DNA of 64,000 nt from positions 96,001 to 160,000 of the forward strand of contig CAXXFL010000001.1 of NCBI GenBank assembly GCA_963674965.2, given 5' to 3'. The notes under the pieces were generated by a model. That model had not been told where the DNA came from. It saw only the letters and a program-made list of their open reading frames with translations, and ran no database searches. The DNA is from a bacterium (GTDB taxonomy: Bacteria; RBG-13-61-14; DATKZS01). Positions 28,361 through 38,752 of this stretch are shown here, piece after piece. Numbering within the stretch: the first letter of the stretch is position 1; every line of letters starts with the position of its first letter. A program made the position numbers and the translations under genes.

Positions 28361-28835
28361 TTGATCCTCCCCTGAACTTGTTTTTTGCCTCTTACTAATG
28401 GCGAAACGGGCGCGTTTTTGTGGACCCCGGGTTGACGAAAAAGGGAAATGGGGGCGCGAGAAGGATATGCCGACGTGTAATTACTCGGCGTTACGGGAGG
28501 TTATGAAACGCGAAAAATTTTTCGTCCATCCTCCCTTGACGAGTTCAATTCAACCGTGACTCGACGAAAATAGGACTCGTTTATGGCCCCGCCTCGCGAC
28601 CTTAAGAGATCGTTACGCCGGGAGAATGGGCGCCCGGACGCCCGGCGGCGGCCGCCGCGAAATACGGGCTTGCTTGAGTCGGTTTCTTGAGATAATTTTT
28701 AGTCGTGTCCTTTTACCGCCCGGTCACGCCGGGCGCGGGCCCCTAGTTCACATCGCGGGTTCAAGGGGCCGCCTATTTCTTCCCGGCTCGGAAAGGCCTT
28801 CTCGAGGCGGGAGTTAAAAAATCGAGGAGGAGTGA

Positions 28836-30584
28836 ATGGGAAAGTATTCTCCTAACGTGATCGCCAACTGTCTGGCTTCCTGCGCCATGCACAACCCCGG
28901 CGGGGAGGTGGTCGTTTACGGCGACCGTCGCGTCACCTGGCTCGAGCTTTGGACGCGGTCGTCGAAGCTGGCCAACGCCCTGATCGGGCTGGGCGTGAAA
29001 AAAGGCGACAAGGTCTGCTTCATGTTCCACAACGTTCCCGAGTTCCTGGAGGTCAACTACGCGGTCCAGGCGGCGGGCGCGGTCCCGGTGCCCATGAACT
29101 ACCGCTTCATCGCCAGGGAGGTCGAGTATCAGGCCGGCCATTGCGACGCGTCGGTTTTCATTTACGACTCGCTTTTCAACGCGGCCGTGGAGGGCGCGGC
29201 CCCGCGTCTGTCCAAGATCGAGAGCTTCATCCGCCTGGGGGAGGGGGAGCTTTCCGGGGCCCTTGATTACGAGGAGGTGGTCAAGTCGGGCGTCGCCCGT
29301 GACCCGGAGGTCGAGAACGACTGGGACGACGTGGCCGCCATGATTTACACGGGGGGCACGACGGGTTTTCCCAAGGGGGTGATGCTGACTTACGCGGCCC
29401 ACGCCGAGATGCACTCGGCCCTTCTGGCCCGGGTGGTGACGCGAGCGGTTGACGTCCAACTGACGGACGAGCAGATGGCGGGGGTGGGAGACACCTTCCC
29501 TCTTCCGGGGGCCAAGCTTGTCCTTCCCCTTACCCGGACGGGGGCGTTCAAGCGTTTCATGAAGCGGGAGGGCGTTTACAAGGCCATATACAAGGGATTA
29601 TACCGCGCCTATACTCATCCCGAGGTGGCGCGTTTCGCCTACGACAAGACGCTCAAATACATGATCCCTTCCATGCCTCTTTTTCACGACGCCTCCTACC
29701 AGATACTTTTCCTGGCCTCCATGTTCGGCAACATCTGCTTCGTGCTGGTGGACGACGTGAAGTTCAACCCCGAGAGGGTCCTGGCCCTGGCGGAGAAGGA
29801 GGAAATCCTTTTCATGGCCAACGTGCCCACGGGCTGGAAAAAGATCGTGGGCTTCGAGGGTCGGCACAAGTTCAACCTCGAGTCCGTCAAGATCGCCGCC
29901 ACCGGGGCGGGCGCGGCCTCGGCCGGCCTCAAGAAAAAGATATTCGAGACCTTTCCCAACATCATCGTGGTCGACATGTTCGGCCAGACGGAGATGACGC
30001 CCATTACCACCTTCCGCATCGACGCCGACCCCTCGACCTTAAAGGACAGGTCGGTGGGCAAGTCCATCATCGAGGCCAAGGTGGTGGACGAGAGTGGAAG
30101 GGAGCTTCCACAAGGCGAGATCGGCGAGATACTTTACAAGTCCAAAACGGTGATGAAGGGCTACTACAAGGACGAGGAAAAGACCGGCGAGGTCATAAAC
30201 GACGGTTGGTTCCGGGGCGGCGACCTGGGCTACATCGACGATGAGGGCGAGATCAGGCTGGTGGACCGGAAGAAGGAGTGCATCAACACCGGCGGCGAGA
30301 AGGTTTTTCCCCTCGAGGTGGAGGAGGTCATACACGAGCACGAGGCGGTGGACGACGCGTGCGTCATCGGCGTGCCCGACGAGGATTGGGGCTCGACGGT
30401 GCGGGCGGTGGTTCAGCTCAAGCCCGGCAAGGACGCCTCGGAAAAGGAGATCATCGATTTCCTTCGCGACAAGCTGGCGGGCTACAAGATTCCCAAGTCC
30501 GTGGTATTCGTCAAGGAGCTTCCCCTCTCTCCCGTGGGCAAGGTCCTGCGGGCCAAGATTCGGGAACAATACGGCCGGCCGTGA
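28836..30584 (+). CDS. Acyl-CoA synthetase (AMP-binding)
   Basis: YTGGTTGFPKG, FGQTE, GDLG, DRKKECINTGGE, GKVLR. Confidence 0.93.
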   Translation: MGKYSPNVIANCLASCAMHNPGGEVVVYGDRRVTWLELWTRSSKLANALIGLGVKKGDKVCFMFHNVPEFLEVNYAVQAAGAVPVPMNYRFIAREVEYQAGHCDASVFIYDSLFNAAVEGAAPRLSKIESFIRLGEGELSGALDYEEVVKSGVARDPEVENDWDDVAAMIYTGGTTGFPKGVMLTYAAHAEMHSALLARVVTRAVDVQLTDEQMAGVGDTFPLPGAKLVLPLTRTGAFKRFMKREGVYKAIYKGLYRAYTHPEVARFAYDKTLKYMIPSMPLFHDASYQILFLASMFGNICFVLVDDVKFNPERVLALAEKEEILFMANVPTGWKKIVGFEGRHKFNLESVKIAATGAGAASAGLKKKIFETFPNIIVVDMFGQTEMTPITTFRIDADPSTLKDRSVGKSIIEAKVVDESGRELPQGEIGEILYKSKTVMKGYYKDEEKTGEVINDGWFRGGDLGYIDDEGEIRLVDRKKECINTGGEKVFPLEVEEVIHEHEAVDDACVIGVPDEDWGSTVRAVVQLKPGKDASEKEIIDFLRDKLAGYKIPKSVVFVKELPLSPVGKVLRAKIREQYGRP

Positions 30585-30604
30585 AGATAAATCAAAGGAG
30601 GACG

Positions 30605-30631
30605 AAAAGGCGGACGCGCTCCGCCCTTTTT
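30605..30631. terminator. Putative bidirectional terminator
   Basis: AAAAGGCGGAcgcgcTCCGCCCTTTT between convergent genes. Confidence 0.55.
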
Positions 30632-31572
30632 CATTTGTAAAGCCCGCGCTCCCATTCCACCTGGGCCTTGAGGCCCTCGGCGAGGGGGGTGGCGGGCACA
30701 AAGCCCGTCTCTTCGCGAAGGAGGGTCGCGTCGGCCGAGGTGTCTCTCACGTCCCCTTTCTGGACCTCCTGGAAGACGATCCGGGGCTTTGCCCCCACCA
30801 GTCCGGCCAGGGTCTCGATGGTCTCGAGCAGCTCGACTCGGTGGCCGCCGCCGATGTTGTAGACCCGGCCCTCTTTTCCCCTTTCCATGCACCTCACCGT
30901 TCCCTCGACTATGTCCCGGATGAAGGTGAAGTCGCGGCTCTGTTTCCCGTCGCCGTAAACGATAATATCCTCGCCCTTGAGGAGGGCCTTGATAAAGCGG
31001 TGGAAGGCCATGTCGGGGCGCTGGCGGGGTCCGTAGACGGTGAAGTAGCGAAGACCGATGGCGTCGACGCCGTAGTTGGCCCGGTACAGGTCGGCCAGGG
31101 ACTCGCAGGCCAGCTTGCTCACGCCGTAGGGCGAGCGGGGCCTGGTCCGGTTGCTCTCGCGGGCGGGAAGCTCGTCGGTGTCGCCGTAGACCGAGCTCGA
31201 GGAGGCGTAGACCACTCGGGGCCCTCCCTTTTCCCGGACCGCCTCGAAAAGGCTTTGAGTGGCCTGAATGTTGTGGCGCAGGTAGTGGTCGAAGCTTTTG
31301 CCCCAACTGGCGCGCACTCCCGCCTGGGCCGAGAGATGGTAGACCCCGTCGGCCCCTTCCACCAGCTCGGCAAGGTCGAGGTCGTTGATATCGGCCTCGA
31401 TGAACTCGAGGCGCCCGCGGTCCCGGAAGCCCGAGGCGTTCGTCTCCTTGAGGAACCGGTCGTAATAGTCGGTAAAGCAATCGACGGCGACGACCTTGTG
31501 GCCGTCGGCCAAAAGCCGCTCGCAAAGATGACTCCCTATAAAACCGGCCGCGCCGGTGACTATGTATTTCAT
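30631..31572 (-). CDS. NAD-dependent nucleotide-sugar epimerase (UDP-glucuronate 4-epimerase-like)
   Basis: GAAGFIG, AQAGVR, SSSSVYG, YGVSK, YGPRQRPDMA. Confidence 0.9.
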   Translation of the reverse strand: MKYIVTGAAGFIGSHLCERLLADGHKVVAVDCFTDYYDRFLKETNASGFRDRGRLEFIEADINDLDLAELVEGADGVYHLSAQAGVRASWGKSFDHYLRHNIQATQSLFEAVREKGGPRVVYASSSSVYGDTDELPARESNRTRPRSPYGVSKLACESLADLYRANYGVDAIGLRYFTVYGPRQRPDMAFHRFIKALLKGEDIIVYGDGKQSRDFTFIRDIVEGTVRCMERGKEGRVYNIGGGHRVELLETIETLAGLVGAKPRIVFQEVQKGDVRDTSADATLLREETGFVPATPLAEGLKAQVEWERGLYK

Positions 31573-31745
31573 GGCTTTCCTTTCCCGCCGTGGCCTTTGC
31601 GTTCCCGGCGGCCCCAGCGGAGTTTTCATTATATATCGGGGAGACGGACGCTCAAATGAACGGCGGCCCGCCCCGGCGTTGTAAGTGGGGCCGATGCTTA
31701 CTACAATCTTGTCATAAACGCCCCGGGCGGGAAGGGAGGAAGGTC

Positions 31746-32708
31746 ATGAAAAAAACCATCGCCATCACCGGCGCGTCGGGTTACATAGGGTCGATGCTTC
31801 TCGAGCGGCTCGCGGCCCGGCCGGAGGTGGGCAAAGTCCTGGCCCTGGACGTTAGACCTCCCGGGTATTTGCCGGCCAATTGCGAGTACGCTCGAATCGA
31901 CGTCAGGGACCCCCGCATAGGGAAGCGGCTCGAGGGCGTGGACGCGGTCGTTCACCTCGCCTTTATCGTCTCGGCCATTCACGATCGGGACCTTATCCAT
32001 GACGTCAACGTGAACGGGAACCGCAACCTCCTGGCGGCCATCGAGGGCTCGGGCGTCGATAAGCTGGTGGCCGCCTCGAGCGTGGCCGCCTACGGCCGAC
32101 TTCCCCGTGACAACTCGATCATCGACGAGGACACGCCGCTTCGAGGGGAGTCCTCCAGCTATTACATGCTCACGAAGAGGATGATGGAGGAGGACCTCGA
32201 CGTCTTCGAGAAAAGGAACCCCGGCGTGATCGTGACCCGGCTTCGGCCCTCCATTTTGATGGGCAAAGGCACGAGGAGCTTCGCCCGGGAAATGGGCAAG
32301 CTCCGGTTCGCGCCCCGTATCAGGGAGGGACTTTACCTTCCCGTGGTCCACGAGGAGGACGCGGTGGACGCCTTCGAGTTGGCCGTCGAGCGCGACGCTC
32401 CCGGGGCCTTTATCATCTCGCTTCCCGAGCCCATGACCCTGGAGGAGATAGTCGAGGGCCGGGGCGTGCCAATAAGGAGCTTCAACCGGAGCACCGTATT
32501 GGGAGCGTCGAGAATCATGTTCCCCCTCCGCCTGACCAGGCTGTCGCCCGACTGGATAGCTTGCGCCGACACGCGGTGGCGCTTCGAGGTCTCGCGGGCG
32601 AGGAACGCGCTGGGATGGGAGCCTAAAAGGGACAAGGAAAAAATCGTCTCCGACATATGGGACAATATCGAGGGCAAGCCCAGGTGGAGAAGATGGATGG
32701 GCGGGTAA
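31746..32708 (+). CDS. NAD-dependent epimerase/dehydratase (extended SDR)
   Basis: TGASGYIG, HLA, SSVAAYG, YxxxK. Confidence 0.85.
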   Translation: MKKTIAITGASGYIGSMLLERLAARPEVGKVLALDVRPPGYLPANCEYARIDVRDPRIGKRLEGVDAVVHLAFIVSAIHDRDLIHDVNVNGNRNLLAAIEGSGVDKLVAASSVAAYGRLPRDNSIIDEDTPLRGESSSYYMLTKRMMEEDLDVFEKRNPGVIVTRLRPSILMGKGTRSFAREMGKLRFAPRIREGLYLPVVHEEDAVDAFELAVERDAPGAFIISLPEPMTLEEIVEGRGVPIRSFNRSTVLGASRIMFPLRLTRLSPDWIACADTRWRFEVSRARNALGWEPKRDKEKIVSDIWDNIEGKPRWRRWMGG

Positions 32709-32748
32709 GGCCGGCTCGTCTCGGCCAGGCGACGGGGAGGAAAAAGTA

Positions 32749-33684
32749 TTGATCGAAAAAATAGCGGACCGGATATGGCTTATCGATACCAACATGAGCG
32801 GACGACGGGGCTACACCTCGGTGTTTCTGGCGGAGGGCGACGGCGGCGCGGCCCTTTTCGACTCGGGCGTCTCGGTCACGGCCGCTGATATTTTGGAGGG
32901 CGTCCGGGAGGCTGGAGTCGATCCTCGCGGGCTCCGCCGGATTTTCCTCAGCCACGCCCACTACGACCACGCGGGAGGGGCCCACGAGCTTTTGCGTCTT
33001 CTGGCCGAGGCGGGGGCCGAGGAGGTCAAGGTGGCCTGCTCGATCAAGCCCAAGGTATATCTTGGGCGGGCGGACGTCCTGGAGAAGCTCATGCGCTCGG
33101 GCCTGGCCACGGAGGGCGAGATGGCGGGCCGGATGCTTCCCATGGCGGATGACCGCTTTCACGTGCTTGAGGACGGGGACGAATTCGACCTGGGCGGAGT
33201 GACGGTCAAGGCCCTGGACTCTCCGGGCCACGCCAACGGGCACATGGTTTTCCTGGTCCGTCCGGGCGATTTTCTTTTCCTGGGCGACTCCTGCGGTTTG
33301 ATGGGCCGCTTCAAGGACGGCGCTCCGGGATTGATACCGACCTCCTTCGCTCCGGAGTACGATCACGAGCCATACCTCGAGACCATAGGGAGGCTGCGGA
33401 AACTCTCGCCCCGGCTCCTGGGCTTTGCCCATTACGGGTGGACGGACGAGCCGGCCAAAGTCCTCGATATGGCGGCCCGAAGCGCGGAGAGGATGAGGGA
33501 GGTAGCGCGGGACGTCGAGGAGGGAAAGCTGGAAAGGGACGAGGCCCTGGACCTTCTCGAGCGCGAGATGGGCGAGCCGGCGGTCTCGCTTTACGGCGAT
33601 CGCGAAAGGTCTCTTTTAACCTTTAAAACTCTTCTTAAGGGCAACCGGGTGGACTTGCGAAGGAAAGCCGTCCCCGCCCCGTGA
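32749..33684 (+). CDS. MBL-fold metallo-hydrolase
   Basis: SHAHYDHAGG, PGHANGH, GD, AHYG. Confidence 0.9.
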   Translation: MIEKIADRIWLIDTNMSGRRGYTSVFLAEGDGGAALFDSGVSVTAADILEGVREAGVDPRGLRRIFLSHAHYDHAGGAHELLRLLAEAGAEEVKVACSIKPKVYLGRADVLEKLMRSGLATEGEMAGRMLPMADDRFHVLEDGDEFDLGGVTVKALDSPGHANGHMVFLVRPGDFLFLGDSCGLMGRFKDGAPGLIPTSFAPEYDHEPYLETIGRLRKLSPRLLGFAHYGWTDEPAKVLDMAARSAERMREVARDVEEGKLERDEALDLLEREMGEPAVSLYGDRERSLLTFKTLLKGNRVDLRRKAVPAP

Positions 33685-33888
33685 CCCCCGGGCTTTTATT
33701 CCCGATACGGCCCGATCTCTTTGCCTTCGGGCTAAAAGCCGGGTTATAATAATTCAGGCCATTGATACGGGGACCGGCGGTCTTGGCCGGCGGGCCAGCC
33801 GATGGGCTCCGTTCAATCATGGCCGGTTTTTTATGACTACGCGGCCTCTCGCCCGAGGGCGGAAGGGCCCGGAATTAACGGGAGCGAC

Positions 33889-35082
33889 ATGGAAGAGACA
33901 AAACAGTTTCAGCGTATGCAGCGGCTTCCCCCCTACGTTTTCGCCGTGGTCGTCGAACAGATGATGCGGGAGCGTCGCGGCGGTGAGGACATCATCGACC
34001 TTGGCATGGGCAACCCCGACGTACCCACTCCCGGCCCGATCGTGGAGAAGATGAAGGAGGCCCTGGACAACCCCAAGAACCACCGTTACAGCGCCTCGAA
34101 GGGGATCAAGGGAATCCGCAAGGCCATTTGCGACTGGTACCAAAGGCGCTACGAGGTCGAGCTCGACCCCGACTCGGAGGCCATCGCCACCATCGGGGCC
34201 AAGGAGGGACTGGCCCATCTCAACCTGGTCACCCTGGGGCCGGGCGACGTGGTCTTCGTGCCCAACCCCTGCTACCCGATACACTTCTACGCCTCCATTA
34301 TCGCGGGGGCGGACGTTCGCAGCATCCCCCTTTGCGACGACGTGGACTTCCTCGAGCAACTTCAGATGGCGGTGCGCTACACCTGGCCGGCCCCCAAGAT
34401 GATTATCCTGAGCTTTCCCCACAACCCCACGACGCGGGTGGTGGAGCTGGACTTCTTCGAGAAGGTGGTGGCCTTCGCCCGCGAGCACAAGATTTACCTG
34501 GTCCACGACCTGGCCTACGCCGACCTGGTTTACGACGACTACCGGGCCCCGAGCCTTCTCGAGGTGCCCGGCGCCAAGGAGGTGGGGGTCGAGTTTTTCT
34601 CCATGACCAAGGGCTACTCGATGGCCGGCTGGCGGGTGGGCTTCTGCGTGGGCAACAAGACCCTGGTGGCCGCCCTGACCCGCATCAAGAGCTACCTGGA
34701 CTACGGCATCTTTCAGCCCATCCAGATCGCGGCCATCAAGGCGCTTAACGACTGCGACCAGGAGTCTCGGGAGATATGCAAGGTCTACGAGGGCAGGCGG
34801 GACGCCCTTTGCGACGGACTCAACCGGATCGGCTGGGAGATCGAGAAGCCCAAGGCCACCATGTTCGTGTGGGCCAGGATACCCGAGAAGTTCCGGGAGC
34901 TGGGCAGTCTCGAGTTCAGTCTCCAGATGCTCAAGGAGGCCAAGGTGGCGGTCAGCCCCGGCATTGGCTTCGGAGACGTCGGGGAGGGCTACGTCAGGTT
35001 CGCCCTGGTCGAGAACGATCAGCGCATCAAGCAGGCCATCCGAGGCGTCAAGCGGTGGTTCGATCAGACCGGCGGCCTTTGA
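33889..35082 (+). CDS. alaC: Class I/II aminotransferase, AlaC-like
   Basis: [37 protein letters not shown]; lies upstream of hom. Confidence 0.8.
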   Translation: MEETKQFQRMQRLPPYVFAVVVEQMMRERRGGEDIIDLGMGNPDVPTPGPIVEKMKEALDNPKNHRYSASKGIKGIRKAICDWYQRRYEVELDPDSEAIATIGAKEGLAHLNLVTLGPGDVVFVPNPCYPIHFYASIIAGADVRSIPLCDDVDFLEQLQMAVRYTWPAPKMIILSFPHNPTTRVVELDFFEKVVAFAREHKIYLVHDLAYADLVYDDYRAPSLLEVPGAKEVGVEFFSMTKGYSMAGWRVGFCVGNKTLVAALTRIKSYLDYGIFQPIQIAAIKALNDCDQESREICKVYEGRRDALCDGLNRIGWEIEKPKATMFVWARIPEKFRELGSLEFSLQMLKEAKVAVSPGIGFGDVGEGYVRFALVENDQRIKQAIRGVKRWFDQTGGL

Positions 35083-35100
35083 CGGGGCCGCGGAGGATTA

Positions 35101-36411
35101 ATGAAAAAGGTTAAGGTGGGCCTGATAGGCTACGGCACCATCGGGCAGGGAGTAATCAAGCTTCTAAAGACCAACAAGCGCGAGCTGGCCGCCAGGCTGG
35201 GGTTCGAGATCGAGCTTGGCGGCGTGGCCGACGTGGATATAAAGCGGCCTCGGAACGTCAAGGTGAAAAAGGGGCTGCTCACGAGCGACCCGTATAAACT
35301 TATTAACGACCCGGGCATCCCCATCATCATCGAGCTGGCGGGCGACTGGCCGGGCGTGCAAAAACAGATAATGGACGCCCTCAAGGCGGGTAAGTCGGTG
35401 GTCACCGCCAACAAGGCGCTTCTGGCCAAGCACGGGGAGGAAATCCTCGGGGCCGCCAGGGAAAGCGGCCAGGACGTGTATTACGAGGCCGCGGTCTGCG
35501 GGACCATACCCATCATCCGGGTCCTTCGGGAGGGCGTGGCCGCCAACCGGATCGACGCGGTTTACGGCATCGTCAACGGTACCTGCAACTACATCCTGAC
35601 CGGCATGTCCATGGGCCTAGGCGATTACCCGGGCATCCTCAAGCGGGCCCAGGAGCTGGGCTACGCGGAGGCCAAGCCCGAGGCCGACGTCGAGGGATAC
35701 GACGCCTCCCATAAGCTGGCCATCCTCATGCGGCTGGCCTTCGGAATTCCGGTCAAGCTCAGCGACATCCACCGGGAGGGCATAACCAAAGTGTCCGCCT
35801 CCGACATCGAGGCGGCGGCCGGCCTGGGCTACTCGGTCAAGCTTCTGGCCATCGCCAAGCGCGTCAACGGCGGCGTCGAGGCCCGGGTCCATCCCACCCT
35901 CATCAACAAGAACTCCGAGCTGGCCGCGGTCTCGGGCCCCTTCAACGCCGTTTACGTGGTGGGCAACATGAGCGGTCCCACCTTGTACTACGGGGCGGGG
36001 GCGGGCATGGATCCCACCGCCAGCGCCGTGGTGAGCGACGTGATGGAACTGGCCCGGCGCCTGGTCCGGGGCGACGCTCCCCGCCGGCTTCCCGCGGGGG
36101 GCTACGTGGAGGGACACCGGCCCGACCTGACCCTTTTGCCCATGAAGGACGTCGAGACCGAGTACTACCTGCGCATGCTGGCGGCCGACAAGCCGGGCGT
36201 GCTCTCGAAAGTGAGCGGGGTCCTGGGCGAGAACGGCATCAGCATCCGGTCGGTGGTGCAAAGGAACCGGGAGCGCGGTCCCGAGGCTTCTCTGGTGATC
36301 GTGACGCACCGGGCCAAAGAGGAAAAGATGATGAGGGCCCTGGACGAGATCAAGAAGTTCAAGGTGATAAAGGGACCGATCAAGCTCATCCGCATCGAGC
36401 AGGGAATATAA
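35101..36411 (+). CDS. hom: Homoserine dehydrogenase with ACT domain
   Basis: GYGTIG, VTANKA, YEAAVCG, NGTCNYIL, GYAEA, DKPGVL. Confidence 0.95.
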   Translation: MKKVKVGLIGYGTIGQGVIKLLKTNKRELAARLGFEIELGGVADVDIKRPRNVKVKKGLLTSDPYKLINDPGIPIIIELAGDWPGVQKQIMDALKAGKSVVTANKALLAKHGEEILGAARESGQDVYYEAAVCGTIPIIRVLREGVAANRIDAVYGIVNGTCNYILTGMSMGLGDYPGILKRAQELGYAEAKPEADVEGYDASHKLAILMRLAFGIPVKLSDIHREGITKVSASDIEAAAGLGYSVKLLAIAKRVNGGVEARVHPTLINKNSELAAVSGPFNAVYVVGNMSGPTLYYGAGAGMDPTASAVVSDVMELARRLVRGDAPRRLPAGGYVEGHRPDLTLLPMKDVETEYYLRMLAADKPGVLSKVSGVLGENGISIRSVVQRNRERGPEASLVIVTHRAKEEKMMRALDEIKKFKVIKGPIKLIRIEQGI

Positions 36412-36433
36412 GGGAAAAGGAGGCTTTGCGCTT

Positions 36434-37501
36434 ATGGCCTGGGAGGGCGTAATAAAGCAATACTGGGATTATCTTCCCATCGAGGACAAGGAGAGCGTGG
36501 TCACGCTGCTGGAGGGAGGCACTCCGCTAATTCCCTCGGTGCGGCTGGCCGAGCGAATAATGCCGGGGATTAGGCTTTTCTTCAAGTTCGAGGGCCTCAA
36601 CCCGACGGGTTCCTTCAAGGACCGGGGCATGACCATGGCCGTGTCCAAGGCGGTCGAGGAGGGCTCGAGGGCCGTCATCTGCGCCAGCACGGGCAACACC
36701 TCGGCGGCGGCGGCGGCCTACGCGGCCCGGGCCGGTCTCGAGGCCTACGTGCTTATCCCGGAGGGCAAGATAGCCGCGGGCAAGCTGGCCCAGGCGGTGA
36801 TGCACGGGGCGCGGGTCATCGAGGTGGAGGGCAACTTCGACCAGGCCCTCCAGATAGTGCGCAAGATATCCGAGAGCCATCCCATTACCCTCGTCAACTC
36901 CCTTAACCCCTATCGCCTTCAGGGCCAGAAGACCGCGGCCTTCGAGATATGCGACGCCCTGGGCGGGCCTCCCGACCACCACGTGCTGCCGGTGGGAAAC
37001 GCCGGCAACGTGACCGCCTACTGGATGGGCTACAAGGAGTACAAGGAAAAGGGCGTGATCAAGGACCTTCCTCAAATGAACGGCTTCCAGGCCTCGGGCG
37101 CCGCGCCTATCGTTCTTAAAAAAATCGTCGAGAAGCCCGAGACCTTCGCCACCGCCATCAGGATCGGCAACCCGGCGAGCTGGAAAATGGCGGAGAACGC
37201 CAGGGACGAGTCGGAAGGCATTATCGAGATGGTCACGGACGACGAGATTCGGGAGGCCTATTTCCTTTTGTCTTCCTTGGAGGGCATCTTCTGCGAGCCG
37301 GCCAGCGCCTCGGGCATCGCCGGCATGATCAAGTACAAGGAAAAGATGGGACTTCAGCCCGGCCAGACCGTGGTGGCGACCCTTACCGGACACGGGCTCA
37401 AGGACCCCGACTCCGGCGCCGAGACGGCCAGAAAGTTCGAGGACAAAAGAGACAAGCTGCCCGCCGACTACGGCGTGGTGGTCAAGGCCCTGGGCTTTTA
37501 A
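36434..37501 (+). CDS. thrC: Threonine synthase
   Basis: EGLNPTGSFKDRG, CASTGNT, PVGNAGN, LTGHGLKDP. Confidence 0.95.
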   Translation: MAWEGVIKQYWDYLPIEDKESVVTLLEGGTPLIPSVRLAERIMPGIRLFFKFEGLNPTGSFKDRGMTMAVSKAVEEGSRAVICASTGNTSAAAAAYAARAGLEAYVLIPEGKIAAGKLAQAVMHGARVIEVEGNFDQALQIVRKISESHPITLVNSLNPYRLQGQKTAAFEICDALGGPPDHHVLPVGNAGNVTAYWMGYKEYKEKGVIKDLPQMNGFQASGAAPIVLKKIVEKPETFATAIRIGNPASWKMAENARDESEGIIEMVTDDEIREAYFLLSSLEGIFCEPASASGIAGMIKYKEKMGLQPGQTVVATLTGHGLKDPDSGAETARKFEDKRDKLPADYGVVVKALGF

Positions 37502-37570
37502 GCCGCGGGCGGCGTGGACCCGCTCCCCAGCCGTGCTACAATAATCGCGTGATTTTCACGTTCCCGGGCC

Positions 37571-38752
37571 ATGGCTGATATCAGGCACATATCCTGCCCC
37601 AAGTGCGGCGGCACTCTCGGGCTTTCCGGCATGGACAGGCTGGTCAAATGCCGCTACTGCGGGACCACCTCTTTGGTCGAAGCCCCCGGCCACGCGCCCG
37701 AGTATTACGTCGATCCCAGGGTCCAGGCCGTGACCGCCCGCCGGACCCTCCAGCGCGTCCTGATGGAATCGGACGTTCCCGCCGGTCTTCTCAAGCGGGC
37801 CAGGTTCCATTCGGCCCGGCTTTACTTCATCCCCTTCCACGAGGTCAACGCCCGCAGGGTGGGCACGATGAAGCTTACCGAGTTCAAGCCGGAAAAGAGG
37901 CCGCGCCAGTCCAGCCGGGCCGTCTCCATGGGCCAGGGGGCCACCGTCTCGATCCCCAGGGTCCACGACGACTGGGCCGTTCCCAAGACGAAGGTCGTGG
38001 ACACGCGGGTGATCATGAACGACTTGACCCGCGTCGAGCCGGCCGTGTCCCTCCCGGAGTGGCACGTCGAGGAGGCCGACGTTCAGACGGCCCGGGCCGG
38101 CGAGACGGGCCTTCTCAAGGCCATGGATCGCCGCCGGGTCGAGAAGCTGGGCCGGATTTACAAGCCGACCATTACTCCCGACCAGATGCTCTCGCGTTTG
38201 GACGCGGACAACCTGGCGGCCAACGTGGAGGACAATACGGAGATAGTGGAGGTACGGATCAAAAGGATTTATTACCCGGTCTGGCGCGTCCGCTACGAGT
38301 ACCAGGGACGGCTTTACGGAGCGGCCATCGACGGCGTCACGGGCAAGATCATGAGCGCCCGCGCCCCGGAGACCGACAAGTACCGCGTGGTCTGGCTCTT
38401 GGGCACGGCGGCCATGGTCAGCTTCTTCGCCGGCAAGATCGCCCGAGTGATCGCGACCCTGGCCATGGGGGACCATGGGGGCGCCGAGGGTCTGGTGGCC
38501 GTCGGAATACAGGGTTCCATCATGATGATTCCCGTAATATTAATCGCCCTCCTGGCCGTGTTTTTCGTGCTGGGAGTCGGCTGGGACCAGTTCCGGTACG
38601 CCGGCGAAATAGTCACGCGGGGCGACAAAAAAATGGTCGAGCGCATCAACCGTCCTAAAAAGACCTTCTTCGACAAGGCCCGCGACTCGGTCTCCCGCAT
38701 GCTCGAGGATTTCATGAAGAAAGCCGAGACCAACGCTCGATGGAGGACTTGA
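37571..38752 (+). CDS. Zn-ribbon membrane protein (YdjG-like)
   Basis: CPKCG...CRYCG; YYPVWRVRYEYQG...IDGVTGK; two C-terminal TM segments. Confidence 0.6.
   Translation: MADIRHISCPKCGGTLGLSGMDRLVKCRYCGTTSLVEAPGHAPEYYVDPRVQAVTARRTLQRVLMESDVPAGLLKRARFHSARLYFIPFHEVNARRVGTMKLTEFKPEKRPRQSSRAVSMGQGATVSIPRVHDDWAVPKTKVVDTRVIMNDLTRVEPAVSLPEWHVEEADVQTARAGETGLLKAMDRRRVEKLGRIYKPTITPDQMLSRLDADNLAANVEDNTEIVEVRIKRIYYPVWRVRYEYQGRLYGAAIDGVTGKIMSARAPETDKYRVVWLLGTAAMVSFFAGKIARVIATLAMGDHGGAEGLVAVGIQGSIMMIPVILIALLAVFFVLGVGWDQFRYAGEIVTRGDKKMVERINRPKKTFFDKARDSVSRMLEDFMKKAETNARWRT

Noticed and set aside
33889-37501. hom-thrC without thrB
   Set aside because: A common arrangement in many bacteria; the kinase step can be encoded elsewhere.
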